Assembly: GCA_047495785.1 (NCBI GenBank)
Contig: JBLDXI010000024.1
Span: forward strand, 2,976,001-3,040,000
Reading direction: 5' to 3'
Origin: Lepidodermella squamata
Taxonomy: Eukaryota; Animalia; Gastrotricha
Length of the DNA: 64,000 nt
Part shown: positions 10,619 through 22,506 of the stretch, one piece after another
Layout of the letters: each line of letters opens with the position of its first letter
Position numbering within the stretch: position 1 is the stretch's first letter
Program-made: the position numbers and the translations under genes
The notes under the pieces: model-generated
What the model saw: only the letters and a program-made list of their open reading frames with translations
Told to the model about the DNA's origin: nothing
Database searches by the model: none

Positions 10619-12293
10619 CTACTGCTGAATATTGCCACGACCAGTCAACATGAGATCACCATTAGCAACAGTGGTTATATTAATTTTATCATTTTTTACA
10701 GCCAACAACAGGCCAAAAAAAGCTTTAGAAACGTCCTTACGGTCTAAATTTTCTACAACGTGACTGAAGCAAACATCCTGATTTCTACACAAAACGCTGA
10801 GCTGATTTTGACAAAAGCGATCGTTGTCATCGACAAAACTTAAAATTGAAGAGCTAATTAAATGAATAGGCTGAGATGAGCTATCTAATACAACATCTAC
10901 CGCACCTACACTAATTTCTTCAGATTGGGCATCGGCTGATGATGATTCAACACAACACATGAGACTCTTCTTGGCGATCGGGGTGTATTTGTCCAAAATC
11001 GAGGTTGCTTTTCGCTTTGGTGCTGACAGACGGTCAAGAGGAACTCGCGATATCGGTATTTCTTCGTCAATCTGTTCCGGCTGCAAAGCAGGCTGCTGAA
11101 GGCGGCTTATCGAAAACTGAGTTGTCGGAATGATATCGCATCCGTCTCGATCTATAAATGAATACCGATATTTTCAATTCAAAAATTAGTCGTTGTAAAT
11201 ACTTACGGGGGTAATTTATCAGCCGAACTTCCTTGGAATATGCAAGACCATGAATCGCTGTATATAAAAATAAATATCGATAAGAAGTGAGACCAAATAA
11301 TTATAAAACTAACCTTCGCAGTCAGGGTAGGCAGACGAATCATCCAAGATATTCGTGAATGGTAAAGTATCTAAACAAATATAGTAGATAACGCTAACGA
11401 ATTAATGAAAATCCCAACCTAGAATGCTGAAAATGTTAGTCCTTAAACGAGAAGAAACTTCGATAGCAGGCCTTCTGATGAGAACGTCAGCTGGGATGAT
11501 GTGATCACTTCTTAGGCCACCAATGCGATCCAAAGCTATTGAGCGACTGAAGAGTGGGGCAAACCAGAAGTCGAATTCCTTCTCTTCATACTCCAGCGTC
11601 GTGGCGGAGTTGAGGTGCTTTGCGGTATCGAAAATAGCAGCACGATCATCCCATTCAGGCACGTCTTTCAAAGTCAAGTACGACGCATGCTCTTCTTTCA
11701 TCTCCTGAGTTAACAGATCAAAGATCGGGATGGTTGAATCGATGTCTCCGTTAACCAAGAGTCCAAAGCCATCGTCAACGATGGGTTCAGAATCCACATC
11801 AAAGTTGCAATTAGTACCGATCAACGGGGCACAAGGCAGCTCAAGCTGGTGCGAAGCTGACTCCAAGTAGACCACATCGCATAGCTGAAAGCAACATCAT
11901 AGTTGAAAAAAACAAAAATAACAATCTTGGGTATATAATTACCGAACGAATAATGGGCACATCACAGGATGGCAAGCGGCACCCCAGCTGCTCGAGAGCT
12001 TTCGACACGTAGGTGTTGGTATCGATAGTCTCGACGCGCTTAACAATATCAACCTGCAAAATGCAAAGGGAGTCATTAGCATCATGAAACAGCCTGCTGA
12101 CTTTCAGGCTGTAAATAGTACTAAGAACATAAATTAGCTGGCCGTAAGTTCGAAGCTCGAGCGTAACTGCGGAACGAGCAAGATCACAAAACTGCTTAAC
12201 GTCAACGGTGGCAACGATCGACGACAGCAGCGGCTGATTCGCGATAACACGGCGATAAACATTGCTACGGATAAAAGTCGTCAAACTCTCCAT
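10619..12293 (-). CDS. Rad21/Rec8-family alpha-kleisin (cohesin subunit), about 485 aa, 5 exons, carried inside the transposon
   Basis: Exons 12293-11943, 11884-11419, 11370-11314, 11257-11207, 11151-10619 (1458 nt, open). N-terminal LELRTYGQLIYVLSTIYSLKVSRLFHDAND resembles Rad21 [30 protein letters not shown]. C-terminal CFSHVVENLDRKDVSKAFFGLLLAVKNDKINI...GDLML resembles the Rad21 winged helix ([23 protein letters not shown]...SDII). Acidic linker contains DDGFG. Confidence 0.88.
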
Positions 12294-12611
12294 CTAATAA
12301 TGACAAAGCGGACTTTCAGGTGAGATTAAAATTGCAAGCCGGTGAGTACAAACTATAAACCAAGCGTTGCCTTAAAGTGATAGACGCAATAAAATCTAAC
12401 AGCACCAAGGAAGTCGTAAATAGCTGGCATGTAATCAAACATCAGTTACTTAAAATGCGGTTTGCGTTCTACCCTCGAGCTAACCTATATCTCCGACAAT
12501 TATATGAGACATCGCAAGCAAGCACCAAGAAGCACCATAAGGGACAAAGTTTCTAAGTGTTTGCTATCAACAACATATTAGGGCATTTAGCAGTCTCAAA
12601 TCCAACACGGG

Positions 12612-12856
12612 CAGATTGGCGCGCGAATAACGACGTCAAGTGGTTAGAAGCAGCTGCCGCTTTAGGGAAAACCGCATCCGAGCCCCCTAGCAACGTTGAA
12701 CGTTGAAGGGGTTGCTATTTAATATTTTCATTGTATTCCGATTAACAATATTATTATTTAATATAATATATTTAATAAACAATTAAAAATAAACGTGACA
12801 GTCGTTGCGGATTTTCGGCTTGCAATATGGGCACCGATGACGCTGCCGACAGCATG
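12612..12856 (-). repeat. Right terminal inverted repeat (245 bp)
   Basis: Reverse complement of 3405-3653. Confidence 0.97.
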
Positions 12857-13665
12857 TAGTTGTAAGCCAGCATTACCGTAGATACCCCGAAAATTCCATT
12901 CATGACAAATATTTGAATTGTGAACGAATCGAACCCGGCGAAGTAGCTGTAATCCCACTGGCCGCAAATCGGAACTGCGGTACCATTAGTCAGTCCTTCG
13001 ATCACGATGTAGCGAACCGAAAACGAATACCACGGCCAGTAAATGTAAAAAAATGCGCTGCCACAGCAAATCACCGTTGCAGCAACGATCATTGAAGTTA
13101 TCTGGAATAATATGAAATCATCAAATTTCGCTTGAACGATTGCAATGTGACTTACTTTCTTCGTGTTGCCGTAATAGTTTGGGCTGTTTGAAGTTATGCA
13201 AGCCCGTCGTTCGTAGCTCAAAATAGCCGTCAGAGCCATTCCCATACCGCCGATTCCCCACATTATAATATAAGAAATACTGCATGAATATTCATCGAGG
13301 CGCCAAAATCCATCGGGCACTGTCGAAGATATGCCGTAGGTGTAGGCAAAATGGACCAGAAAGTTTCGAAGTTGCAGGCAGATGTTGATAGCGAAGAAGT
13401 GAACCTTGATTTTACGTTGCTTGTACACGTATATATTGACAGCCGAAGCGACAGTAGCGCTGTAGAAGATGATGTGGTACAAAAGGGGCCATGCGAGTCG
13501 TTCACCGAGAGTTTTATGGGACAAATCATGGAAAACACCGATGTAGTACGGCCGAGGGCCGCCGTAGTTTCGATCGGGTAGGTGAAGCATCAACCAACCG
13601 CTGTTGATGATCGTGGCTGTGTACTCTTGAACTCGCTGACTACCTGCTGAATTGTTTTGAGCCAT
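12857..13665 (-). pseudogene. N-terminal part (TM1-TM5) of a class A (rhodopsin-like) GPCR, disrupted by the transposon
   Basis: ECL1 FWRLDEYSC, TM3 end ILSYERR (DRY equivalent), ECL2 Cys, TM5 VMLAYNY. Probable 54-nt in-frame intron (GTAAGT...TTCCAG). Confidence 0.85.
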
Positions 13666-14665
13666 AATCAAAATTTTATCCTATGTCGAGAGTGAAAGAA
13701 GAAGCTGGTTGCGGAACTGTCGTAGTTGCACCAACAGATACTGCTTTCCTCGCCAGCAACGCAGGTTGGAACTTGATATTTTTTTTCAAAACTAAGCCTC
13801 AACGGCTCTTCCTTAATTCGGTAGTTGAAACTACTTTCCATTTATATCATGCGCGTGCGTGACAGAATGCTGATTGCAGCGAGAAGCTCAAGAAAATGCT
13901 CACATTTAACGCGCAGCTGTTTCGATTTAATACACTCAATCTTCAAGCATAACTGTAAGCGCGAGAATGAGATGTCGCTCACGTTTTGCTAACCCTAATT
14001 GCCGCATTCTCGGGGATACATGATATCAGGAAAGAATCACAGTCGCCCTTAGCGTCAAAACGTGTTCGCAGTGTCAGTTTTTATCAATTATCTATTTATA
14101 CAGCAGGGTGCTCAGGGTTATTGACTAAAATCGGCACTGATGTACTAATTACTAATGCTCAGGTAAGATTGACCGATTGATACTGGAGCTATTCATTCTT
14201 CAATAATAAGATGGTATTCCGGATGATCCAAGTTAAAAACTGGTTTCTTTTGTCTAATTGAAATCGAAATTAGGTTGCATTTTCAAGGATTATTCTTCTT
14301 GTTTAATTCAGCATGATTACCGCTTGAAAAGATGTAAGCAACCTTCCAATTAGCTATATGTAAAAATCATAAAACCTGTGATGTCTATAGAATGTTGGCA
14401 GTTCGAATTCATTTTTTTATTTTATTTTATTTTATTTTATATCGGCTTGCAATCAATCTCAAGGATTATTAGCAATCAAAGTATGTATACGGATGCCTAA
14501 ATTTTTTATTACCGGTTCGGCCGAAAAGTTGAAACTGTTACTCATAGAGAACGGAGTGATCTATGATGTTACTGCATGCCCAAAGTCATTTTTTATCAGG
14601 TGGGCGTAGATTTATTAATTGAGTTTAAATAAGTGGCATTTCGCGATTCATCTATCTATCGACAT

Positions 14666-16899
14666 CTACTTCACAGAAGTAACACACAATATGGGTAAAA
14701 AGAGAATTCCAGAGACCGACGCAGAAGCAATTAGGGCTGCAATGGCAGCTGTTACTTGCATCGAAACGGGCGAAGCTTGGAAAATGACCAGTATTATTTC
14801 TGTCGCTACCACGATGGCCGCCAAGTTGAACATTGCTATGCCAAGAACTTTATCAGCGAGATTCACGCGGAAATAGCGAAGCCTGAATGCGAGAAAGCAG
14901 CCGAATAGCATAACGAGAAAATTCAATCCAGCCAATGCTTGGAAATAAGTCTCCTGAGTCGCAGAGTAGCAGGCTGAATCGATGATTTGAGTCAGAATGT
15001 CCCTCTTCAGATCATATAATACTTTATCATCGCTAACTTTTGTCTCGGCTATCGGCCGATCTCGAGCCATTAGGACAAACAGAACTAAGAGGTTCACTAT
15101 AGGCCAAACAAGAGAAGTAAGTAAAGTTCTAATTTCGTTTCTAGTTTTAGCCAATATCGGAACTGGCCGTTTATGAATTTTCCGTCTCGGACGGACAACA
15201 GGTCTTTTAGGATGCCGAGTGAGATTGAGAAGGAGAGAGAATATCGAACCATCAGTCAAAGAAATTCCCAAAGTGAGAAATACTGATCTTGCTGAACAAG
15301 CCCAATCGCCAACTTCGTTCAGATTCATCGCGAAGAGAAGTGATGACACGTTCATAAAGAAACAAGCAACCAAAATAGCTAAATATCTCGCTATAGACCT
15401 TCTCGGACTTCTTTTGAGTTTCATTACTGAGATTGCCTGCACTAGGGTCAGAGCAGCACATAATGTAAATATGGTGATTGAAAACTGCGGACTCAGGCCA
15501 TCAAAAAACGTGATAAGGATTGCCGAGTCTCGCGGCGGCTCGCTTGATTCTGTTTTCCAGCTAATGTTGCGGACTTCAGCCAATTGATAAGAACCATTTT
15601 CAGAAACTGGTATCCCCTCGTAGTTGATTAAAAAGCGATTTGCGGGGTTCCATGTATGAATGGACATTATTTCATCGTCGTACTCCAATTGCCGTGAATA
15701 TTTCATCCTACCTCTTAGTCCTATGAAATTGCTCTCTGCAACACTCTCATTCGCGACTCGCATGATGAGCTCCGGGAATGATTTGAAATCTCGAAGCGTT
15801 TTGTCATAACTCGCCAGTTTTTTCTCAGTATTGTCTAAAGCGAGGATGGCCATTAGGGTCATGTCGTAGCACGCAAATCTATCAGCTAGGTCCACTAACG
15901 TTTTGGAATTTTTTGCTTGATAAGGTAAAAACTTTCTGTCAAACCCATCCAAGTCATATCCGAGTAGTGTTGTGTTACCATAATTCCGAGCGGGAAAGGG
16001 CGATGTGCCGAACTTCCATATTGCGTGATTAACATTTCCCTGGTGCAATTTTCCAGTATGATGCTGGGCATGGCCATGGGATCCAGCGCCGATAGGGCAA
16101 GTAGCATGAATACATAGCGAGGACCCAATATCCCAATAGCATGAGTGTAGCATAAAAACTGGTTTACTGCACTTAGCTCAGCGACAAAAATCACGAAAAT
16201 CCGAGCATCGCTTCGCTTCATCGATTCGACAGTGGCATGTGAGAATCCTGTGCCAACATCAATCCAAGCTAGTCCAACGTTAAATCCAGCCATCTCTCTA
16301 AGGAAGTGAGTGGCAAGATTGATGTTGTAGGGATTGTCGGCGTTTGCGTACATAGCGACCTTTAACCAGTTGTTCTGCTTGAGGAATGATAGGCAGATGA
16401 AATTTCCTAACTCAGCTGAGCCTCTGATCCTGTAGAGGTTTGGATAGATCTTGCGATTGGCGGTATGGATCGGATTATTGCAGACGAAAGCTATTGCAAC
16501 ACTGCTAAGATGTTGCACCATAGCTCCATACGATTTACATCCAAGCGTGTAGGTTCCGCCAAGAATTATCGGAGATTGGTAGGTAGTAACGACGCCTTTA
16601 TCCCTGCCCTTCCGAAAAATCTCGTCCATTTCTTGAGAGAATCTGATGGCGATATTCACCGATTGAATTCCGTTCTTTCCATCGTCAACATCGCGAATCA
16701 AGATGTTGTAGTCTTTGAGAACATCACTGCGCTGGTTGATTGTATCGGCGATAAACCGGGCCGTTAGGCTGCAGGTTGTTTCTGGCACCGACATACCGTT
16801 GATTATAGTTGCTAACCGCAGAATGGTGAGATTGTAAGGTTTCACCGCAGCACAAGGTTGCATCGAACCAACAATGAGGATGATTAAAATTGCTAGCAT
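14666..16899 (-). pseudogene. GABA-B-like class C GPCR, frameshifted near 16015
   Basis: Signal peptide, Venus-flytrap domain and 7TM split over ORFs 15895..16962 and 14666..16153. Relative to the paralog's QYEHSFFFGSS there is a net frameshifting indel. Confidence 0.85.
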
Positions 16900-17799
16900 C
16901 CTAATGTTCTCTGAATTAAGAGACGGAATCGAAGTTTGAGATATCTCGCCTACTACATCCACGTCTTATATACTCAAGCCTTCCTCTAATTTGCTGATAA
17001 TTAAATGTCGCGAACAAGGACATCTTTCAAGGGAATTAGCTCGCATTGCCCGAACAAGCGTATCAGCTTGCGTGGTAAATCAGCGCACAGATAAATTGGG
17101 CTGAATTCCTGGTTTAACTCATAATTATACCCCTCGACTTATACTGGAAAGATGAAGTCAAATTGTTAAGGCACAGTTAGCCCGGCGAGCCCACCCCGCA
17201 GATCGACGAACCATATGCTTATATTAAGGCTTGCATTAAGGCCATAGACTCTAAGCTGTACTCTTTCCCAGCCCATGGTGACAGTTGCGAACCATAGCGT
17301 CATCATATGGGCGGGATCTAAAATTTCACGTGGGGTCAGGTTACACGCCTGCTTTATCCCTTGGAAAAGCTACACGAGTAGAGAAATCAACATCAGGTTT
17401 GTAGCGATAATATCCATTACAATTGGTGCCGTGGTGACGAAAGTGACGAAATTTATGAAAAACGACTCATTAGACAATTCCGGACTCACTAAGAGATGCT
17501 ACTGATATGCTACACAATCAGCTCAATAAGCAGACAGGTTCTGCGATAGATCAAAATTACTTCTGATCAAACCGTACAGTCTGTTCAATTATACATATTA
17601 AATTCCTAGCCGTCGACTAGTGTCTAAAAGACTTGAAATGGCGTAAAAGATGAAAACTAAAAGCCGCGTCTTGCTTGTTGCTTCAAGGTTCTTGAAGAAG
17701 CTGCCCTCTCATGCACGTTTAGTTTATAATAAAAAGTTCAGATGATAATTGGGCAGAGGCTGGATTACTGTTGAACGCGACCCCTCGTCTTTCGATATC

Positions 17800-17905
17800 G
17801 CTGATCATTCAGAAGTTGTAGCAATCAGCTAACGGCAACCCATGATGATCAAAGGAGCGAATATTGTCAGGCTGAATTCAGCATAGTTTCGTGCGATTTT
17901 TGTGA
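17800..17905 (-). pseudogene. Relic of the 3' region of a class C GPCR paralog
   Basis: Contains AACTATGCTGAATTCAG (NYAEFS), as in the 29035-31545 gene. Confidence 0.45.
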
Positions 17906-18253
17906 GATGAAATGACGTAGAAATTGAAATTTCTATTTTTTTGTAATAAATTGGATGAAATTAGGAATTTTATTCGGCCTCAAAAATTGCGGTTCCACAT
18001 ATCTGTTTCCTCTTCAAGTGATTTTGGCATTTATCACTAAGATACCGACTACTGCTAGTTCGTCTTCTTAGACAGTTTTCTAGGGTAATTTATTTTTGAA
18101 TTTACATCACAATTGTATTAAACATTTTAAATTGTTATTAACGAACAGCCATAATCCAACCCTGTCATTCATGAGTGAATCGGCTCGAGCTGCTTTAGCG
18201 GGAATTGCCTCGCTCGAGACTCGCACATGGAGGACAGGCAAGTCCCTAGGAAA

Positions 18254-20566
18254 CTAAGCCATAGTACTCTCCAATAATATTGGTAGAAAGAGAATTCCAG
18301 AAATCGACGCCGAAGCAATGAAGGCTGCGATGCCAGCTGTAACTTGCATTAAAACGGCAGAAGCTTGGAAAATCGTCAATATTATTACTGTCGCTACCAC
18401 GATAGTCGTTAAATTGAAAATCGCTATGCCAAGAGCTCGGTCAGCGCGATCCACGTTGGAATAGCGAAGCCGGAATGCGAGAAAGCAGCCGAACAACATA
18501 ACCAGCAAATTCAATCCAGTCAATGCTTGGAAATAACCATCTTGGGCCGCAGAGTAGCAGGCCGAATCTATGATTTGAGTCAGGATATCCTTTTTCCAAT
18601 CGTAAAATATTTTATCAGGGCTGATTATCATCTCGTATATCGGCCGATCTCGAACTATAAGCACTGTCATAACTATGAGGTTCAATAGAGGCCAAACAAG
18701 GGAAATGAGCAAAGCTTTCATTTCGTTTTTTGGTTTAGCCAATGTTGGGACAGGTATCAGTGTTTCAGAAAAAGTTTGACTCCTCAGTCTCGTGACTGAT
18801 GGTATCTCAGAAAACGCAGCATGGTTCGTCCGTCTTGGCCGGACAGCAGCTTGTTTAGCCTGTCGAAATATATTAAAAAGGATGGAGAATATCGAGCCGT
18901 CAATCAGAGATATTCCCAAGCTGAGAAATACAGATCTGGCCGAACAAGGCCAATCGCCAAATTCTTTCGGATTCATCGCGAAGAAAATTGATGACAGATT
19001 CATGAAGAAACATGCGACCAAAATAGCTGGAAATCTCGAGTTAGATCTTCTACATCCATTTTTGATTTTCATAAATGACAATGTCTGGGCCAGGGTCAGA
19101 CAAGCTGCTAATGTGAATATGGTTATTGAAAACGTTGGACTCAAGCCGTCAAACACCGTGATGAGGACTGCCGAGTCTCGTGGCGGCTCGCGAGATTCTG
19201 TTTTCCAGGTAATATTGCGGATTTCGGCCAGTTGATAGGAGCTATTCTCAGAAGCTGGTATTCCTTCGTAATTGACTATAAAGCGATTCAATGGATTCCA
19301 AGACTGGATAGACATGATCTCACCTTCGTACTCTAATCGCGGTGAATAGACCATCCTACCTCTGAGGCCGATGAAATCAGTTTCCGTCACGCTTTCATTC
19401 GCCACTTTCATAATTAGTTCAGGGAAGGATTTGAAATCCCGAAGTGTCTTGTTGTAACTTGCAAGTTTCTTCTCTGTTTTATCGAGGGCGAGGATAGCCA
19501 TTAGAGTCATGTCGTAGCACGCGAATCTATCAGCAAGATCCAATAAAGTTCTGGACATTTTCGCTTGATAAGGTAGAAAATTTCTGTCGAATTCACCAGA
19601 GTCATATCCTAGCAGTGTGGTGTTACCATAATTCGCACCAGGGAAAGCCGATGAGCCGAAGAAAAATGAATGTTCATATTGTGAGATTAACATTTCTCGC
19701 GTGCAACTATCCGATAATATGCTGGGCAGTGCCATGGGATCCAGCGCCGATATGGCTAGCAACATGAATGCATAACGGGCACCCAATATTCCAATATTAT
19801 GAGCGTAACACAAAAACTGGATGATTGCAGATAGCTCAGCAATATACACCACGAAAATCCGGGCGTCGCTCCGCTTTATCGATTCAATCGTGGCACGCGA
19901 GACTCCTGTGCCAACGTCGAACCAAGCTAGTCCGACGTTGAATTTGTCCATCTCACGTAGAAAGTGTGTCGCGAGATTAACATTAAAGGGGTTATCCGCA
20001 TTTGCGTACATAGCGACTTTCGACCATTTGTTTTGCCTGAGGAATGATAGGCAGATGAAATTTCCTAACTCAGCTGAGCCTCTGATCCTGTACAGATTCG
20101 GGTAGATCTTCCGATTGGCAGTATAGATTGGATTATTGCATGCGAAAGCTATGGCAACACTATTGAGATGGTGCACCATAGGTCCATACGATTTGCAACC
20201 GGGCGTGTAGGTTCCACCTAAAATTATCGGAGATTGGTAGGCACTAACAACTCCCTCATCTCTACCCTTCTGAAAAATCTCGTCCATTTCTCGGTTGAAC
20301 CTCACGGCAACATTCGCTGATAGCACTCCATTCAGTCCGTCGTCAACATCGCGGATCAAGATGTTGTAGTCTTTGAGAATATCACTGCGTTGATTGATTT
20401 TTTCGGCGACGAACCGAGCCGTCAGACCGCATGTCATTTCTTGGGGCGGAATATTTGTGATTATGACTGATAGGCGTAGAATGGTGAGATTGAATGGCTT
20501 CTTTGCAACCAAATGTTGCATCGAACCTGCAGTGAGGATGAGTAAAAAAGCTCTGATCTGAATCAT
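18254..20566 (-). CDS. GABA-B-like class C GPCR, intronless, 770 aa
   Basis: Signal peptide and Venus-flytrap domain (INQRSDILKDY, YPNLYR, FIGLRG), WKTESREPPRDS linker with no Cys-rich domain, seven hydrophobic segments. Ends right after TM7. Confidence 0.9.
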   Translation of the reverse strand: MIQIRAFLLILTAGSMQHLVAKKPFNLTILRLSVIITNIPPQEMTCGLTARFVAEKINQRSDILKDYNILIRDVDDGLNGVLSANVAVRFNREMDEIFQKGRDEGVVSAYQSPIILGGTYTPGCKSYGPMVHHLNSVAIAFACNNPIYTANRKIYPNLYRIRGSAELGNFICLSFLRQNKWSKVAMYANADNPFNVNLATHFLREMDKFNVGLAWFDVGTGVSRATIESIKRSDARIFVVYIAELSAIIQFLCYAHNIGILGARYAFMLLAISALDPMALPSILSDSCTREMLISQYEHSFFFGSSAFPGANYGNTTLLGYDSGEFDRNFLPYQAKMSRTLLDLADRFACYDMTLMAILALDKTEKKLASYNKTLRDFKSFPELIMKVANESVTETDFIGLRGRMVYSPRLEYEGEIMSIQSWNPLNRFIVNYEGIPASENSSYQLAEIRNITWKTESREPPRDSAVLITVFDGLSPTFSITIFTLAACLTLAQTLSFMKIKNGCRRSNSRFPAILVACFFMNLSSIFFAMNPKEFGDWPCSARSVFLSLGISLIDGSIFSILFNIFRQAKQAAVRPRRTNHAAFSEIPSVTRLRSQTFSETLIPVPTLAKPKNEMKALLISLVWPLLNLIVMTVLIVRDRPIYEMIISPDKIFYDWKKDILTQIIDSACYSAAQDGYFQALTGLNLLVMLFGCFLAFRLRYSNVDRADRALGIAIFNLTTIVVATVIILTIFQASAVLMQVTAGIAAFIASASISGILFLPILLESTMA

Positions 20567-21284
20567 CTTTTTTGAGGGTTATCTATGATTTAAGATATTT
20601 TCCCTCTTCTTCTTCCTTGCCGATAATAAACAATCACGAGGAAGGGCTAGCATTGATTTAACGAAATTAGCTCAACCTTATCTTAACTTGCGTATTGCAG
20701 CTAGCGTGGTATATCGGTTTACAACATACACTCTAATTGGCTGAATTTGTCGGAATTTCATGTCGGTTGTAAAACTTCAGTGTTTTCTATGCAAGATTCG
20801 TCAAATCAAGTGTTTATGAAACAGTTCAATGCAAGTCAACCCCGCACAACAACGCACACGTAATCATTCGTCAATCATAATTTTGCAGTTAGGATTATGC
20901 CTTGAGCTGACGAGGGGATTTATCATTTCATGTAGGGTTAGGTTTCTCGGGTTTCTCAGGCTAGCCCCCTCGTAAAGAAAGTGCGAGTCAACGAAAAGGC
21001 ATCATAGCTTGGCATAATGATATCCATTTATTGGTGCCATGCGGACGCAATAATGAGTTAAAGATACGGAAAAGGAGTCGTGACTAAAATAATAACAAAA
21101 ATAGGTTTTGAAATGACCCCCGATATCAGGTTACAGTCTTCGCTATATACTAGCACTTGATGATTGTAACTCCCCTCCCATTGACGTACGTAGAAAAAAC
21201 TTGAAATGAAAGCTTGAAAATTCAAAGGATAAGCGCCGCTTCAAACTAGAAGAAACGAAGCTTTCAAGCCTGTTCACTTGCAGA

Positions 21285-21458
21285 TGAGAGGTTCAGATCC
21301 ACTCTGCTGGACGGATTGGCGATTAGTGATGAATCACTACGCATAGCAGCTTGCTTAAGAAAAGGCATAGTGGCGCACAGTGAATTCGCAAATGAGAATA
21401 TCGAAGAAATAAATGTGACCACCATGTCTTGCGATATTGTAGACTCATCGATAATTAG
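21285..21458 (-). pseudogene. 3' fragment (TM7 and tail) of a class C GPCR paralog
   Basis: Clear nucleotide similarity to about 29075-29243 (…ATGTCTTGCGATATTGTAGAC…GCTTGCTTAAGA…). Confidence 0.7.
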
Positions 21459-21912
21459 GGTAAGGTTACCTAAATCTGCAAAAAAAAATTCACTTTTTTC
21501 AAACGCCTTTCATTCTATAACCATGAGGTTCTCCCGGCTCATATTTTGACCATAAACAGGCAGAACCCAGAACCCATTCCAGTAAGCTCACAAAATCTCA
21601 TGAGCCAATTCCTCAGCGTTAGAGAGCCATCGTTGGTGAAAGTCAAAAAAGGCAAAAATTCAAAATCGCTCGAGAGTGCCATAAATTTGCATAAAAGCTT
21701 CACTTCTGAACCTAAACTGCATCTAAGCCAGGCAAAAATGGTCTCTGAATAAATTCGAAGCCCCTCCCTGATATTACGCTATATAAGGTATACCAACCAT
21801 TATATCAGGGCTGGATTTTCCTTTTGATTCAAATGTTCAGCTAATTTTAAGGCTAGCAATGTGACTGGAGTCAGGAGTCAAGTTTCTTTTTTTACAAAAT
21901 ATCACCTCTACC

Positions 21913-22506
21913 TCGTCGGTACCGCGAGATAAAGGGCCAAGTGCATTTTTCAAAATTGTTCAGGAAACGAAAAAAACGGGACTGCGCTTCAAGAAAGCAG
22001 TATTTTTTGTAACCGTTATAGAACTAGGGTTAGTTTACGATGGGGATCACGAGTATCAACTCCAATTTCCCCCAAAACACCTGTAACACCTATTTTTCTG
22101 CACTTGGCCCTTTTAGCCGCGAGACGCAAGCAAAAAATGATGACGCAACAATGCAAGAACAATGCCTCACAAACTTGAATTTTAGTTTTGACTCGGAGTC
22201 ATTTTATTTGCTAATATCCAGGCTTTTGAAGCGCGAATCCCACGCGATGTAGTTGACTTCTTCATGAAATTACGACGGAAAGGAATTGGGAATATCGTAA
22301 GAATCATTTTGGTGTCACAATTTTGTTATTTTGGGAAAATTTTTGTTAAATTTACACTTGGCCCTTAATAGAAAAGACAGTTCCGGGCAGAATTTAGAAA
22401 AACGGAGAACGCCATTAGATCCGCCGTATAAATATTAGTAAGGATTCGTCAAAAAACGAATTTTGAAAAAAGTGTCACTTGGCCCTTTATCTCGCGGTAC
22501 CGACGA
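21913..22506. mobile_element. MITE / non-autonomous DNA transposon
   Basis: TIR TCGTCGGTACCGCGAGATAAAGGGCCAAGTG at both ends, with internal CACTTGGCCC copies. TSD unclear. Confidence 0.8.

Larger units (their letters stand above)
3405..12856 (+). mobile_element. 9,452-bp cut-and-paste DNA transposon carrying a RAG1/Transib-like transposase, a kleisin and accessory genes
   Basis: Near-identical TIRs at 3405-3653 and 12612-12856 (termini CATGCTGTCGGCAGCG...CGCTGCCGACAGCATG). TA flanks both sides (3403-3404, 12857-12858). Excision restores the host GPCR reading frame. Confidence 0.95.

Noticed and set aside
10619-12293. RAG2-like gene convergent with the RAG1-like transposase (ProtoRAG)
   Set aside because: No kelch repeats or PHD finger; both ends match kleisin instead. 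Termini and TSD are not RSS-like or 5 bp.
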